Of a stretch of DNA of 32,000 nt, positions 9,864 through 19,684 are shown piece after piece (position 1 is the first letter of the stretch; each line of letters opens with the position of its first letter). The notes under the pieces are model-generated. The model was given only the letters and a program-made list of their open reading frames with translations. It had not been told where the DNA came from and did no database searches. The stretch is from contig NC_009954.1 in assembly GCF_000018305.1 (NCBI RefSeq), positions 1,080,001 through 1,112,000 on the forward strand. Direction: 5' to 3'. The DNA is from Caldivirga maquilingensis IC-167. Lineage in GTDB: Archaea > Thermoproteota > Thermoprotei > Thermoproteales > Thermocladiaceae. The position numbers were made by a program, and so were the translations under genes.

Positions 9864-11048
9864 TCAACTTAACGCCATTAATGTATCCTTAATCACCTTA
9901 GCCGCGTACACCGCATCATCCTCCGTGAAGTATGGTGATATCAAGATACCGAATATCCTCCTAGTAGCCTCCTCAGTGTTGGGTAATGGTTCATACTTAA
10001 CCTCCCTACCATAGAATGGGCATGACCATGGGCAACCCTTACCGTACCCAATCTTATTAATGAATAATGGAGTCCTGTATAACGGTATGGGGTAGGCTAC
10101 AGTCACCGCCTCAATACCCTTAGCCTTAAGCTCCTCAACCACCTTATCCCTAGGCGCCTTAACCCTACTGGTTAATAGGATTTGGTAAATGTGCCAGGCA
10201 TGCCTAACATAGGGCTTGGGTTTAGGTAGAATCAGTAAGTCGTTATCTAATCTACTTAACTCCTCTGTAAGGGTCTTGGCGAAGGCCTCCTTCCTCCTAA
10301 TAATCTCCTCCACCCTGAGGAGTTGGGAGTAGGCTAAGGCTGCCTGCAATTCACCCATCCTGTAATTGTAACCCAACTCCTCGTAGTAGTACTTCCCTGT
10401 TTCCCCATGGCTCCTAAGTAACCTAACCCTATTAGCCAATTCACTGGAGTTAGTGGATACAGCACCCCCCTCACTACTGGTTATTGTCTTGGTTGGGTAG
10501 AAGCTGAATGTACCCAAATCCCCCAGGGCCCCAGCCTTAACACCACGGTAGACTGCACCAAGGGCTTGGGCAGTGTCCTCAATTAGGTATAGGTTATGCT
10601 CCTTAGCAACCTTAATTAATTCATCCATTTCAGCGGGCATACCAGCCATGTGAACCACTATTATTGCCCTAGTCCTATCACTAATCTTAGACTCAACACT
10701 ACTTGAATCAAGGCCCAGGGTTTCAAGGGAGATGTCTGCGAACACTGGTACAGCGTTGGAGTGCAGTACAGCTGATGCGGTTGCTAGGAAGGTGAATGCC
10801 GGTACAATAACCTCATCACCAGGCCCAACCCCAATCGCCCTTAAGGCTAGGTGAAGGGCCGTTGTTCCACTTGAGACCGCTAACGCGTGCCTAGTATTAA
10901 GGTACTTGGTTAACTCCTCCTCAAGCAGTTTACCGTACTTACCGTATGGTGAAACCAGGTTACCGCTCATTAATGCATCCACAACAGCCTTAGTATCCTC
11001 CTCGGTTATCCAGGGCCTGAATCTAAGCGTCCTCTTAGCCTCATGCAT
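9864..11048 (-). CDS. DegT/DnrJ/EryC1/StrS-family PLP-dependent sugar aminotransferase
   Basis: 394 aa. Motifs include SGTTALHLALRA, DEVIVPAFTF, and FSFYPTKTITSSEGG, which holds the PLP lysine. Confidence 0.9.
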   Translation of the reverse strand: MHEAKRTLRFRPWITEEDTKAVVDALMSGNLVSPYGKYGKLLEEELTKYLNTRHALAVSSGTTALHLALRAIGVGPGDEVIVPAFTFLATASAVLHSNAVPVFADISLETLGLDSSSVESKISDRTRAIIVVHMAGMPAEMDELIKVAKEHNLYLIEDTAQALGAVYRGVKAGALGDLGTFSFYPTKTITSSEGGAVSTNSSELANRVRLLRSHGETGKYYYEELGYNYRMGELQAALAYSQLLRVEEIIRRKEAFAKTLTEELSRLDNDLLILPKPKPYVRHAWHIYQILLTSRVKAPRDKVVEELKAKGIEAVTVAYPIPLYRTPLFINKIGYGKGCPWSCPFYGREVKYEPLPNTEEATRRIFGILISPYFTEDDAVYAAKVIKDTLMALS

Positions 11049-11144
11049 GTGTCACTACTGGGTATGGGTTTTTAAACTAGTATTCAAGCTTCTCATTAAT
11101 TCATTAGAAAAATAATTATTAAGTCTAGGCTTTAAGCCTACGTT

Positions 11145-12491
11145 ATGGGTATGTTAAGCTTATTGAAGAGGTGGCTGCCACTAGTCATAGTGCTGGTGGT
11201 TTTCACGCTTTACCTAGTGGCTATTCAACCCCACTTAAACTCCTACACCAGTGATGAGATTTGGTACGTTTCAGCGGCTAGGAATTTCATAAATGAGGTT
11301 GGGTTAGGCAGGTACTTAGTCAGTTACGGAGTTACAGTAGCCCCTTCACCACCATGTAATGTAACCGGTGCTACACCGGCTATATACTATAAGGATAATT
11401 TAATGGCGTGGTACAGTAATGTAACCTACACCCAGTTGAAGAGCCTGATGGATAATTCCACCTGCATAGTTAGGTTCGGTTACTATTACCCGGATAAGCA
11501 AAGCATAGTTACTTACCTTAACATTGAGCATCCATGGTTCGGTAAATGCTTCATGGTTCTCTCAATGCTCCTACTGGGTGATAAGCCAGTTACCTGGAGG
11601 GTGCCTTCAATGATACTATCAGCCCTAATGCTAATACTAGTCTACTACATTGCATTGTACATAAGTAATAACGTGGCCTACGCATCCCTAGCATCCCTGG
11701 CTCTACTCATGGATGCATCATTCCGCGACGTTGGTATAATAGCCCTCCTGGATGTTTACATAGGCTTCTTCACACTACTCACAGTATACCTATACGTAAC
11801 CAAGCGCTTCACCTCATCATCAGTGGCCGCCGGCCTAGCGGCAGCCAGCAAGTACCCAGGAGTCTTCACAGTCTTCGCTGGGGCCTACTTAGAGGCTTAT
11901 AGGCGTAATGGCTTATGGGCATTAGTCTACTTAGCGATATCACTCATAGTATTCATAATACCTCAATTACCCATAATTCACCTCGTCGGCGGCTTAAGTA
12001 ACTACATTTCAGACGTATTCTTCTACCTAAAATGGTTTACTGAATCCAGGCCACCTGGACCCGTTGCATCTAATCCATTCGACTGGCTCATAGGCGTAGA
12101 CAGTTTTGTCAATAATGTTTCACCACCATTATATGCAATGGGGTTACCTGGGGCATACCTAGTTGCCTTAGTTTACTCATTCCTAATGATTATTCCCCAA
12201 TCCAGGAAATTACTATTCAGTAATATTCAATTCAACGAGTACTCAATACCAGTCACTATACTGACCATGTGGTTAGGCTTCTGGATGATATACCTACTGG
12301 GCAATACTACGCTATACAGTTACTACACCATGGACTTCGCACCATTAATACCCCTTGAACTAGTATTAGCCATGCATAGGGCTAAGCCCAACACCAAGCC
12401 ATGGATCATTATCGCGGCATTAGCCGGCATAGCCTATGGCATCGCCGTTCAATGGAGCATGATATACTCCCTAATTAAGGCTATTACCTAA
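11145..12491 (+). CDS. GT-C fold membrane glycosyltransferase (GT39/GT83, PMT/ArnT-like)
   Basis: 448 aa with at least 10 hydrophobic segments and an acidic DE motif in the first loop (YTSDEIWYVSAARN). Divergent from the aminotransferase gene. Confidence 0.7.
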   Translation: MGMLSLLKRWLPLVIVLVVFTLYLVAIQPHLNSYTSDEIWYVSAARNFINEVGLGRYLVSYGVTVAPSPPCNVTGATPAIYYKDNLMAWYSNVTYTQLKSLMDNSTCIVRFGYYYPDKQSIVTYLNIEHPWFGKCFMVLSMLLLGDKPVTWRVPSMILSALMLILVYYIALYISNNVAYASLASLALLMDASFRDVGIIALLDVYIGFFTLLTVYLYVTKRFTSSSVAAGLAAASKYPGVFTVFAGAYLEAYRRNGLWALVYLAISLIVFIIPQLPIIHLVGGLSNYISDVFFYLKWFTESRPPGPVASNPFDWLIGVDSFVNNVSPPLYAMGLPGAYLVALVYSFLMIIPQSRKLLFSNIQFNEYSIPVTILTMWLGFWMIYLLGNTTLYSYYTMDFAPLIPLELVLAMHRAKPNTKPWIIIAALAGIAYGIAVQWSMIYSLIKAIT

Positions 12492-12735
12492 ACTAGGCTT
12501 AGGGATTCTTAATTACCCTTAACCTATATTGATGCTCTCTCTGAGTACATGGAATTACACCCTGAATGAATGTGTAGCGGCTCGGCTCAAATGCTAGTGT
12601 TTATACGTCTAGAATATGTGTTTAATAGCAATATGAGGTTAATCTAACTTGGAAACAATGAGTCAATTACCATAAATTCACTAATCACCTTGAATGCAGG
12701 TTTAAGTGAATTCCAGAGGCAGTATTTAATTATGA

Positions 12736-12999
12736 TTGTTAGCGCACACTCAGTTACAATATGATACATCAACCACGCGCTTCACTCAATGGTTAAACCA
12801 AGGCGTGGTATTCACCATAGCTCCAGCTACGGTATTTACAAACGGTGTATTCATGAATGAACCAGGATACACACTCATCACTAATAAACCCATTGATATG
12901 ACTGTGAACTGGAGTATAGACTGGTCAGTAACTGGACCCATGTACGGTGTCATTATCGTTGTTATAGTTTTATTGGTTCTGCTTCTTAGGAGGCGTTAA
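12736..12999 (+). CDS. Hypothetical small protein with C-terminal TM anchor and basic tail; possibly a gene fragment
   Basis: TTG-initiated 87-aa ORF ending in ...GVIIVVIVLLVLLLRRR. No clear promoter. Weak call. Confidence 0.3.
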   Translation: MLAHTQLQYDTSTTRFTQWLNQGVVFTIAPATVFTNGVFMNEPGYTLITNKPIDMTVNWSIDWSVTGPMYGVIIVVIVLLVLLLRRR

Positions 13000-13584
13000 T
13001 TAGTATAGGTTTAGGAAGTTTTTCAGTATTTTCTTACCCATTGGTGTTCCAATGCTTTCTGGGTGGAATTGGACTCCGAATATGGGGTGTTCCACGTGTT
13101 GTATAGCCATGATCTCGTCATCATCAGTGGATACTGCCGTGACCTCTAGTTCCGGTGGTGGGTTATCGATTACTAGGCTGTGGTATCTCATTCCCTCTAT
13201 TTCACTGGGTATTCCGCTGAATATGGGTGATGTCTTTATTATCCTTATTACACTGGTTTTACCATGTTTTATTGTCCTAGCCCTCCTTATCCTGGCTCCG
13301 AAGGCTACTCCTATGGTTTGGTGGCCCATGCATACACCCAGTATGGGTACTTTACCCTTGAAGTGCAGTATTACATCCTTTGATATGCCTATGTCCCTTG
13401 GGTTTAGTGGTGTTCCTGGGCCTGGTGATATTATTATCCTATCCGGCCTAATCCTCTCCAGGGCCTTTATGCTTACTTCATCATTCCTAAAGACCAGTGG
13501 TCTACTGTCTAATTCACCCACGTACTGGGCGATATTGTACACGAATGAATCGTAGTTATCTATTATCACTGTTATGTCCGCCAT
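13000..13584 (-). CDS. trpG: Anthranilate synthase component II (glutamine amidotransferase)
   Basis: 194 aa with class-I GATase motifs (GVCMGHQ, HPES). Overlaps the trpE stop by 13 nt. Confidence 0.95.
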   Translation of the reverse strand: MADITVIIDNYDSFVYNIAQYVGELDSRPLVFRNDEVSIKALERIRPDRIIISPGPGTPLNPRDIGISKDVILHFKGKVPILGVCMGHQTIGVAFGARIRRARTIKHGKTSVIRIIKTSPIFSGIPSEIEGMRYHSLVIDNPPPELEVTAVSTDDDEIMAIQHVEHPIFGVQFHPESIGTPMGKKILKNFLNLY

Positions 13585-14825
13585 ACACCTAACACCCTCT
13601 TAATGCTTCCAAGCTTATCCTCAGTTTCCTGAAGCTCGGCTTCAGGTATTGAATCGTAAACTATGCCGGCGCCTGCCTGAATCCTTACTTTATCGTTCAT
13701 TGAGAATAGGCTTCTTATTATTATGGCGAATTCCCCACCACCACTATGCATAATGCCCAATGCACCTGCGTAGGGTCCTCTTGGTGAATTCTCGTACTTG
13801 GCTATTAGCTCCATTGCCCTTGGCTTAGGTGCACCACTCACTGTGCCTGCTGGGAATGTTGAGACTAAGGCGTCGACAATATCATTACCCTTACTCAGCA
13901 TTCCCTCAACCCTGGAAACAAGGTGTTGGACGCTTTGATACTTCTCAATGGCGTATAGTTCCTTAACCTTAACACTACCGTATACGCATACCTTACCTAT
14001 ATCGTTCCTAGCTAAGTCAACGAGCATTACGTGTTCAGCCCTATCCTTAATGCTTGAGAGTAATTCCTCCTCAAGCCTAATATCACTCCATGAATCCCTC
14101 CCCCTAGGTCTTGTTCCAGCTATTGGGTGTGTCTCAACCCTGAGTCCATCAACCTTAACCAGTAGTTCAGGGCTTGTGCCTATTATGTACTTATCACTCA
14201 TCCTCATGAAGTACATGTATGGTGATGGGTTAAGGTCAGCTAACTTCCCGTAAAGAGTCATTAAATCCCCCGTGAACCCATACTCCTCATACCTTGATAA
14301 AACCACTTGGAAGACCTCACCATTCTTAATATCCTCAATGGCCTCTGAAACCCACTTCATGTACTCAACGGGATCCGTGGCGGTCACTAACCCAGTGACC
14401 TTGAAATCACCCTCATCACCAGGCTTACTCCTAGGTAACTCACCCTTAACGTAGGCCCTCCCCAGGAAGTAATCGTAGATAACCACGTTACTGGGTATCA
14501 TGAATTCAGCCTGAGGCCAATCACTCATCTTAATTAAACCAGCTAAGTGAGGCTCTATTGATGCAATGGCCTCATAGGATAAGTAACCCACAGCGATATT
14601 ACCATCCTCAAACCTACCCAGTCCCCTGTAAAGGGACTTAAGCTCATCATATAAGTTATCATTAATAGTCACTAAGTCCTTAACCCCCCAGGCCACTATG
14701 GTGAACCTAGCCCTCTCAGGGAATCCTGGCCCACTCTCAAGTAGTGTAACGTGATCCTCACCATTCTCAATAAGAACCCTAACTAATTCCCTAGGCTTAG
14801 GTAACTCCTCAAGGGGCACCTTCAC
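13572..14825 (-). CDS. trpE: Anthranilate synthase component I
   Basis: 417 aa. Chorismate-binding motifs include [18 protein letters not shown] and GPYAGALG. Confidence 0.95.
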   Translation of the reverse strand: MKVPLEELPKPRELVRVLIENGEDHVTLLESGPGFPERARFTIVAWGVKDLVTINDNLYDELKSLYRGLGRFEDGNIAVGYLSYEAIASIEPHLAGLIKMSDWPQAEFMIPSNVVIYDYFLGRAYVKGELPRSKPGDEGDFKVTGLVTATDPVEYMKWVSEAIEDIKNGEVFQVVLSRYEEYGFTGDLMTLYGKLADLNPSPYMYFMRMSDKYIIGTSPELLVKVDGLRVETHPIAGTRPRGRDSWSDIRLEEELLSSIKDRAEHVMLVDLARNDIGKVCVYGSVKVKELYAIEKYQSVQHLVSRVEGMLSKGNDIVDALVSTFPAGTVSGAPKPRAMELIAKYENSPRGPYAGALGIMHSGGGEFAIIIRSLFSMNDKVRIQAGAGIVYDSIPEAELQETEDKLGSIKRVLGVWRT

Positions 14826-15450
14826 CCTTAATCACCTTAACAACCTCCATGATTAGTCTCCAATCCTTAACACCGGGGCTTGATTCAACCCCTGAATTAA
14901 CATCTATTAAAAATGGATTATACTTAATAATGAACTTAACGTTACCTGGCCCAATACCCCCAGCAACACCAATCCTGCTTAAACCCACGACACGCCTAAT
15001 AATGCTTAGTGGTATTTTCAAACCGTATTCAAATAACCTGTAACCAGCCTTAGGGGCGTCAATGAGGATGTACTCCACGTTACTCATGGTTAAGTACTCC
15101 TCAATAGTCTTCACTACGGTGGAATCGTCACTATACTCAATTACTGGTGCAAGGTTAATGTTACCCTGTCCACTAAGGTACTCATCAACGTTAACCACAC
15201 CGTGGTACTGTAGGATTGGGAAGCCTAAGCCAGTAGCCAACTCCACTGCGTCCCTTAACCCCAATCCCCTAACCACGGCCACTGGCTTAGCCTTGGAGAG
15301 TGTTGAAGCCAAGTCCCTAGCCTCATTGGGGCTCAGTAGCCTCTGGGTCTTAACATCTGAGTGAATTATGAAGCCTGCGTAATCGGCGTGCTTATCAATG
15401 AACTCTACGTCAATCCTCCTCGTTAATCCGCAAACCTTAAGCAGAGTCAC
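14809..15450 (-). CDS. trpF: Phosphoribosylanthranilate isomerase
   Basis: 213 aa starting MTLLKVCGLTR..., with DVNSGVESSPGVKD at the C-terminus. Sits in the trp operon. Confidence 0.9.
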   Translation of the reverse strand: MTLLKVCGLTRRIDVEFIDKHADYAGFIIHSDVKTQRLLSPNEARDLASTLSKAKPVAVVRGLGLRDAVELATGLGFPILQYHGVVNVDEYLSGQGNINLAPVIEYSDDSTVVKTIEEYLTMSNVEYILIDAPKAGYRLFEYGLKIPLSIIRRVVGLSRIGVAGGIGPGNVKFIIKYNPFLIDVNSGVESSPGVKDWRLIMEVVKVIKGEGAP

Positions 15451-16456
15451 GCCTACTCACTGCTGCGACATTATTAACGTAGCTCCAGAAGTCGTTTGAA
15501 TTACCTGCAATCTGCTTAACGGCCTCAACACCATCCCTAGGATCCTTAACCTTACCAGCGACGTAGAGCGCCATTGCTGTGTTGGCGGCTATGAAGTCTA
15601 AGGCAGCTTCATCAACACCCATTAAACCCCTCTTAGCCTTCTCAATGCTCTCCATTGGGTTAGAGACCACTACATCCCTTAACTCATGTATGCGTAAACC
15701 AAGTTCAGGGGGCTCAATTACGTATTTATCAATGGAATTACCCTTAACCTCATATATCATTGTTCTCCCGAATACTGAAACCTCATCAATACCTGGTTCA
15801 CCGTGAACTAACAGGAGGTGGTCATAACCTATTAAACCAGCTGCCTCAGCCATAACCCCCATTATTCCAGCCTCAGCCACACCAAGCACCTGCCTCCTCA
15901 CAAGGCCTGGATTAGCCAATGGACCCACTAGGTTAAATATAGTTCTTATACCGAGCCTCCTCCTAACAGGCATAACATTCTTCATGGCTGGGTGGTACAT
16001 TGGCGCGAAGGCGAATGAGAACCTATGGTTATTCAGCATTAGTAATGCAGTTTCAGGTTTCACACTTATGTTGAAGCCGAGGGCCTCCAGGAAGTCTGCG
16101 CTGCCTGATGATGATGAGACACTCCTATTACCGTGCTTAAGCACCTTAACCCCCAGGTAGGCTGCCAGTAATGCTGAAATAGTGGATACGTTCATTGTCC
16201 TTAACCCATCACCCCCAGTGCCAGCTGTATCTATTACGTATGGGTCATTAACCGGTATTCTTAGGCATGTTTCCCTAAGCGCCTTAGCGAAGCCTGCAAC
16301 CTCAAAGGCACGCTCACCCCTCACCCTAAGCCCCATGAGTAACGCAGCAGTCTCAGCCTCACCTGCCTCCATCTTTAATATGGCTAAGGCGGCGTTATAG
16401 GCCTCCTCAAGACTCAACTCAAGACCCCTAGCTATCTTCTCTAGGAGTGGCCTCAT
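15437..16456 (-). CDS. trpD: Anthranilate phosphoribosyltransferase
   Basis: 339 aa. Motifs include DTAGTGGDG, KHGNRSVSSSSGSADFLEALG and FNLVGPLANP. Confidence 0.95.
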   Translation of the reverse strand: MRPLLEKIARGLELSLEEAYNAALAILKMEAGEAETAALLMGLRVRGERAFEVAGFAKALRETCLRIPVNDPYVIDTAGTGGDGLRTMNVSTISALLAAYLGVKVLKHGNRSVSSSSGSADFLEALGFNISVKPETALLMLNNHRFSFAFAPMYHPAMKNVMPVRRRLGIRTIFNLVGPLANPGLVRRQVLGVAEAGIMGVMAEAAGLIGYDHLLLVHGEPGIDEVSVFGRTMIYEVKGNSIDKYVIEPPELGLRIHELRDVVVSNPMESIEKAKRGLMGVDEAALDFIAANTAMALYVAGKVKDPRDGVEAVKQIAGNSNDFWSYVNNVAAVSRRDSA

Positions 16457-17703
16457 GATGCGTTCACCTTCTCGTAGGCGTCAGGATCCAGTAAACCATG
16501 CCCAGATAGGTTAAACAATATTACACTGCCCTTAGGCATTCTCCTGGCTTCATCAATAACAGCCCTTATTGCATGAGACGACTCAGGGGCAGGTATAATG
16601 CCTTCACTCCTTGCAAATAATACACCCGCCTCAAGAGCCTCCTCCTGCGTGTAGGCTCTTGTCTCAACAACACCCTCCTTAACGAGTAGTGATAGGCTTG
16701 GGGCAGCCCCATGGTACCTTAAGCCGGCTGCATGGCTTGGCGGTGGTACGTAATTGTGACCGAGGGTTAGCATTCTAATCATGGGTAGTAAACCCCCTGA
16801 ATCAGGGAAGTCGTATTCATACCTGCCTTGAGTCAACTTGGGTGCTGCCTTGGATTCAACTGCAAGGAACCTAGTCTTCTCAAAACCCTCACCCCTTAGT
16901 TTAGCCCCTATGAATGGGTACGTTAAACCAGCGAAGTTGCTTCCACCGCCAACGCATCCAACCACTAGGTCAGGTTCCTCGGGTATTTGATTAATGGCCT
17001 CCTGCCCGATAACTGTTTGATGCATTAGGACGAATTCAAGCACACTACCTGGAATATACCTCCTCCCCTCACCCTGAAGCACGTAGTCTATTGCCTCACT
17101 TATGGCTAAGCCTAAGCTACCTGGGTGATTGGGGTTAGCCTTAACGGCCTCAACTCCGTACTTAGTAACCTCACTGGGGCTTGGGTAAACCATGGCCCCG
17201 TAAGTCCTCATGAACATAACCCTCTGCCTCTTACTCAAGTAGGAGCTCTTGGTCATGAAGACCACGGCCTTAATCCCAATTAACGCAGCCGCAATGGATA
17301 CTGCTAAGCCCCATTGCCCAGCCCCAGTCTCAGTGGCAACCTCCTTAGCCCCATCCTTAGACGCATAATACACCTGAGGCACTGCTGTGTTGAGTTTATG
17401 TGAACCACCCGGTAACGCACCCTCGAATTTATAGTAGATCTTAACCCCATTACCTATAAGCTTCTCCAAACCCCTAGCCCTCCTCAGTGGTGTTGGTCTA
17501 CCAAGCCTCATGTATATTTCCCTAACCTCATCGGGAATGGGTACGTACATTAATGAGGTGAATTCCTGGTGAAGTAATTCACTCGGCATTATCCTATTAA
17601 GTAAAGCTATCCTGGACTCACCCTCATAGGGATCCATGGGTGGTGGTAGTGGTTTAGGTAGGTCAACGGCTATGTTATACCAATGAGTTGGAACACCACT
17701 CAC
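16453..17703 (-). CDS. trpB: Tryptophan synthase beta chain, TrpB2 type
   Basis: 416 aa with an N-terminal extension (PTHWYNIAVDLPKPLPPP), GRPTPLRRA, the PLP-lysine motif GGSHKLNT, and ETGAGQWG. Overlaps trpA and trpD by 4 nt each. Confidence 0.9.
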   Translation of the reverse strand: MSGVPTHWYNIAVDLPKPLPPPMDPYEGESRIALLNRIMPSELLHQEFTSLMYVPIPDEVREIYMRLGRPTPLRRARGLEKLIGNGVKIYYKFEGALPGGSHKLNTAVPQVYYASKDGAKEVATETGAGQWGLAVSIAAALIGIKAVVFMTKSSYLSKRQRVMFMRTYGAMVYPSPSEVTKYGVEAVKANPNHPGSLGLAISEAIDYVLQGEGRRYIPGSVLEFVLMHQTVIGQEAINQIPEEPDLVVGCVGGGSNFAGLTYPFIGAKLRGEGFEKTRFLAVESKAAPKLTQGRYEYDFPDSGGLLPMIRMLTLGHNYVPPPSHAAGLRYHGAAPSLSLLVKEGVVETRAYTQEEALEAGVLFARSEGIIPAPESSHAIRAVIDEARRMPKGSVILFNLSGHGLLDPDAYEKVNAS

Positions 17704-18428
17704 GGTAAACCACCCCTAAGCCACTTAAGGAAGCTTAACGCATCATTAAGGTCACTCATTCTTTGAATGAAGGCTGAACCAACAACAACCCCATCAGCCC
17801 CAGCCTTAATCAATGACCTAACCATATCAGGGCTATTAACTGCGAAACCCACGATAAGGAATGCATCACCTAAAACACCCCTAATAGTTACTACATTCTG
17901 CTCAATGTAAATAGGCAACTTAATACCAGTGGCCGCGTATAGGCCTAGGTATATGAATAATGGTTCCTGTTCACTTAGGCTCCTAATTAACCTATAGGGT
18001 GTTTTACTTGATATGAAGAAGCTGGGGGCTAATCCATTACTCCTCATAACCTCAATGTACCTACCTATTAACTCAGGGTAATCGAATATTAGGTCAGGGA
18101 ATAATACAGTGGCGGCCCCAACATCACTAGCTGTCTTAGCCACATCATTGAGTGAGTTCACGTAATCACTAATATAACCCATTAGCACAGGTACTTTACC
18201 ATACTTACTGTAGTCATCAGTAACCTTAACTGCATTAAGACCCATTAACTCAGCACCCTGGTGAGCCATCCTTATAACCGGCCCATCATACTTAGGATTA
18301 CGTGTCGGTATGCCTATTTCCAGGAAGTCCACGAGGCCACTTATCTTATCAAGGGTCTCTAGGAAGCGTTTAGTACTTGGGTACGTTGCCGTTAAATATA
18401 GGCCCAAGGCGGGCCTACTTATACCCAT
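17700..18428 (-). CDS. trpA: Tryptophan synthase alpha chain
   Basis: 242-aa TIM-barrel pattern (FLEIGIPTRNPKYDGPVI, ADGVVVGSAF). First gene of the operon. Confidence 0.85.
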   Translation of the reverse strand: MGISRPALGLYLTATYPSTKRFLETLDKISGLVDFLEIGIPTRNPKYDGPVIRMAHQGAELMGLNAVKVTDDYSKYGKVPVLMGYISDYVNSLNDVAKTASDVGAATVLFPDLIFDYPELIGRYIEVMRSNGLAPSFFISSKTPYRLIRSLSEQEPLFIYLGLYAATGIKLPIYIEQNVVTIRGVLGDAFLIVGFAVNSPDMVRSLIKAGADGVVVGSAFIQRMSDLNDALSFLKWLRGGLP

Positions 18429-18553
18429 TGGAGCTTACCGTCCCTCATAGGTGTATTTCGGTTAACTATTTTTAAGCATTACTGCGCTATAAACGCTAAA
18501 GTGAACGTTACTTGACATGAAATGTTTTAAAACTAAGGCCCGGTGGCTGGCTT
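18429..18553. promoter_or_regulatory. Divergent promoter region between trpA and the aldo/keto reductase
   Basis: ttttaaaa (18525-18532) is centred about 26 nt upstream of ATG 18554. On the minus strand, gcttaaaaatag (18477-18466) lies about 43 nt upstream of the trpA ATG, with a GAGG about 15 nt upstream of that ATG. Confidence 0.35.
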
Positions 18554-19576
18554 ATGCAGTATGTTAAGCTTGGTTGGTCTGGGGTTAAGGTTTCACAACT
18601 ATGCCTCGGCACCTGGTACCTGCCTAGGCTTAATGAGAAGGATGAGTATGGTGTTCATAAGGTTGACGTGGAGTTAACCATTAAGATAATGAGGAGGGCT
18701 TACGATGAGGGTATTAACTGCATTGATACTGCTAATAGGTATCATGGAGCCATGGCACCCGTTGACTTAAACCATGTGGGTAACTCCGAGCGCGTGGTTG
18801 GTGAATTCCTGAAGACTGTGGATAGGGAGTCCATTGTATTAGCCACTAAGGTTAGGGGGCAGATGGCTCCTTGGCCTAATGGTGAGGGTTTATCTAGGAA
18901 GCACATTAGGTGGCAGATTAAGGAGTCATTAAGGAGATTAGGGACGAGTTACATTGACCTATATCAAATTCACTGGCCTGACCCCGATACTCCTAAGATT
19001 GAGACTCTTAGGGCTTTGAATCAGCTTGTTGAGGATGGTTTAGTGAATTATATTGGTGAAAGCAACCACCCAGCACACGACATAGTGGAATTCATGGAGC
19101 TAGCCGACAAACACAACCTAGAACCCTTCACAACAATGCAAGAGATTTACAATATCCTAGTCAGGGATATTGAGAGGGACAAGATACCTGTAGCCAAGAG
19201 GTACGGTATGGCAATACTAGCCTACTCACCCCTGGCTCAAGGAGTGTTAACGGGGAAGTACGTGGACTTCAATGCTAAGAAATGGACCACACCCAGTGAT
19301 TCAAGGGCTGTAATATCAAGTGGATTACAGGGTTACTTCAATGATAGGAACCTTAAGGTTCTCCTGGAGCTTAATGAAATAGCTAAGGCTAAGGGAGCCA
19401 CCTTAAGCCAAGTCTCATTAGCCTGGTTAATCAGCATGCAGGAGAGGTTTGGGGTTAACATAATACCCATCATAGGGGTTAGTAGAATGGAGCACCTTGA
19501 GGATAACCTAGGTGCATTAAACATTAAGTTGAGTCAAGATGATTTAAAGAGAATTGATGACGCCTTAAAAGCATGA
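18554..19576 (+). CDS. Aldo/keto reductase
   Basis: 340 aa with AKR signatures (DTANRYHG, LATKV, YQIHWPD, SPLAQGVLTGKY). Confidence 0.9.
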   Translation: MQYVKLGWSGVKVSQLCLGTWYLPRLNEKDEYGVHKVDVELTIKIMRRAYDEGINCIDTANRYHGAMAPVDLNHVGNSERVVGEFLKTVDRESIVLATKVRGQMAPWPNGEGLSRKHIRWQIKESLRRLGTSYIDLYQIHWPDPDTPKIETLRALNQLVEDGLVNYIGESNHPAHDIVEFMELADKHNLEPFTTMQEIYNILVRDIERDKIPVAKRYGMAILAYSPLAQGVLTGKYVDFNAKKWTTPSDSRAVISSGLQGYFNDRNLKVLLELNEIAKAKGATLSQVSLAWLISMQERFGVNIIPIIGVSRMEHLEDNLGALNIKLSQDDLKRIDDALKA

Positions 19577-19684
19577 TATAAATAAATTCACCACTGGAAT
19601 AACTCTATACAGGGGGATGTTTAATCAAAATTGAGTTTAATAATACTAATTGTTTAAATGTTAAATTGATGTATTGTAATTGAG

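Noticed and set aside
12530-12590. Possible C/D-box sRNA (TGATGC ... CTGA ... CTGA ATGAATG)
   Set aside because: The C-box is non-canonical, and the C-to-D' spacing is about 5 nt, too short for a ~12-nt guide. No terminal stem.
13052-16400. Several 60-167-aa plus-strand ORFs inside the trp operon (13052, 13948, 14272, 14849, 15062, 15579, 16182)
   Set aside because: All are antisense to confidently identified trp genes. Their Ser/Leu/Thr/Pro-rich compositions are typical of shadow frames.
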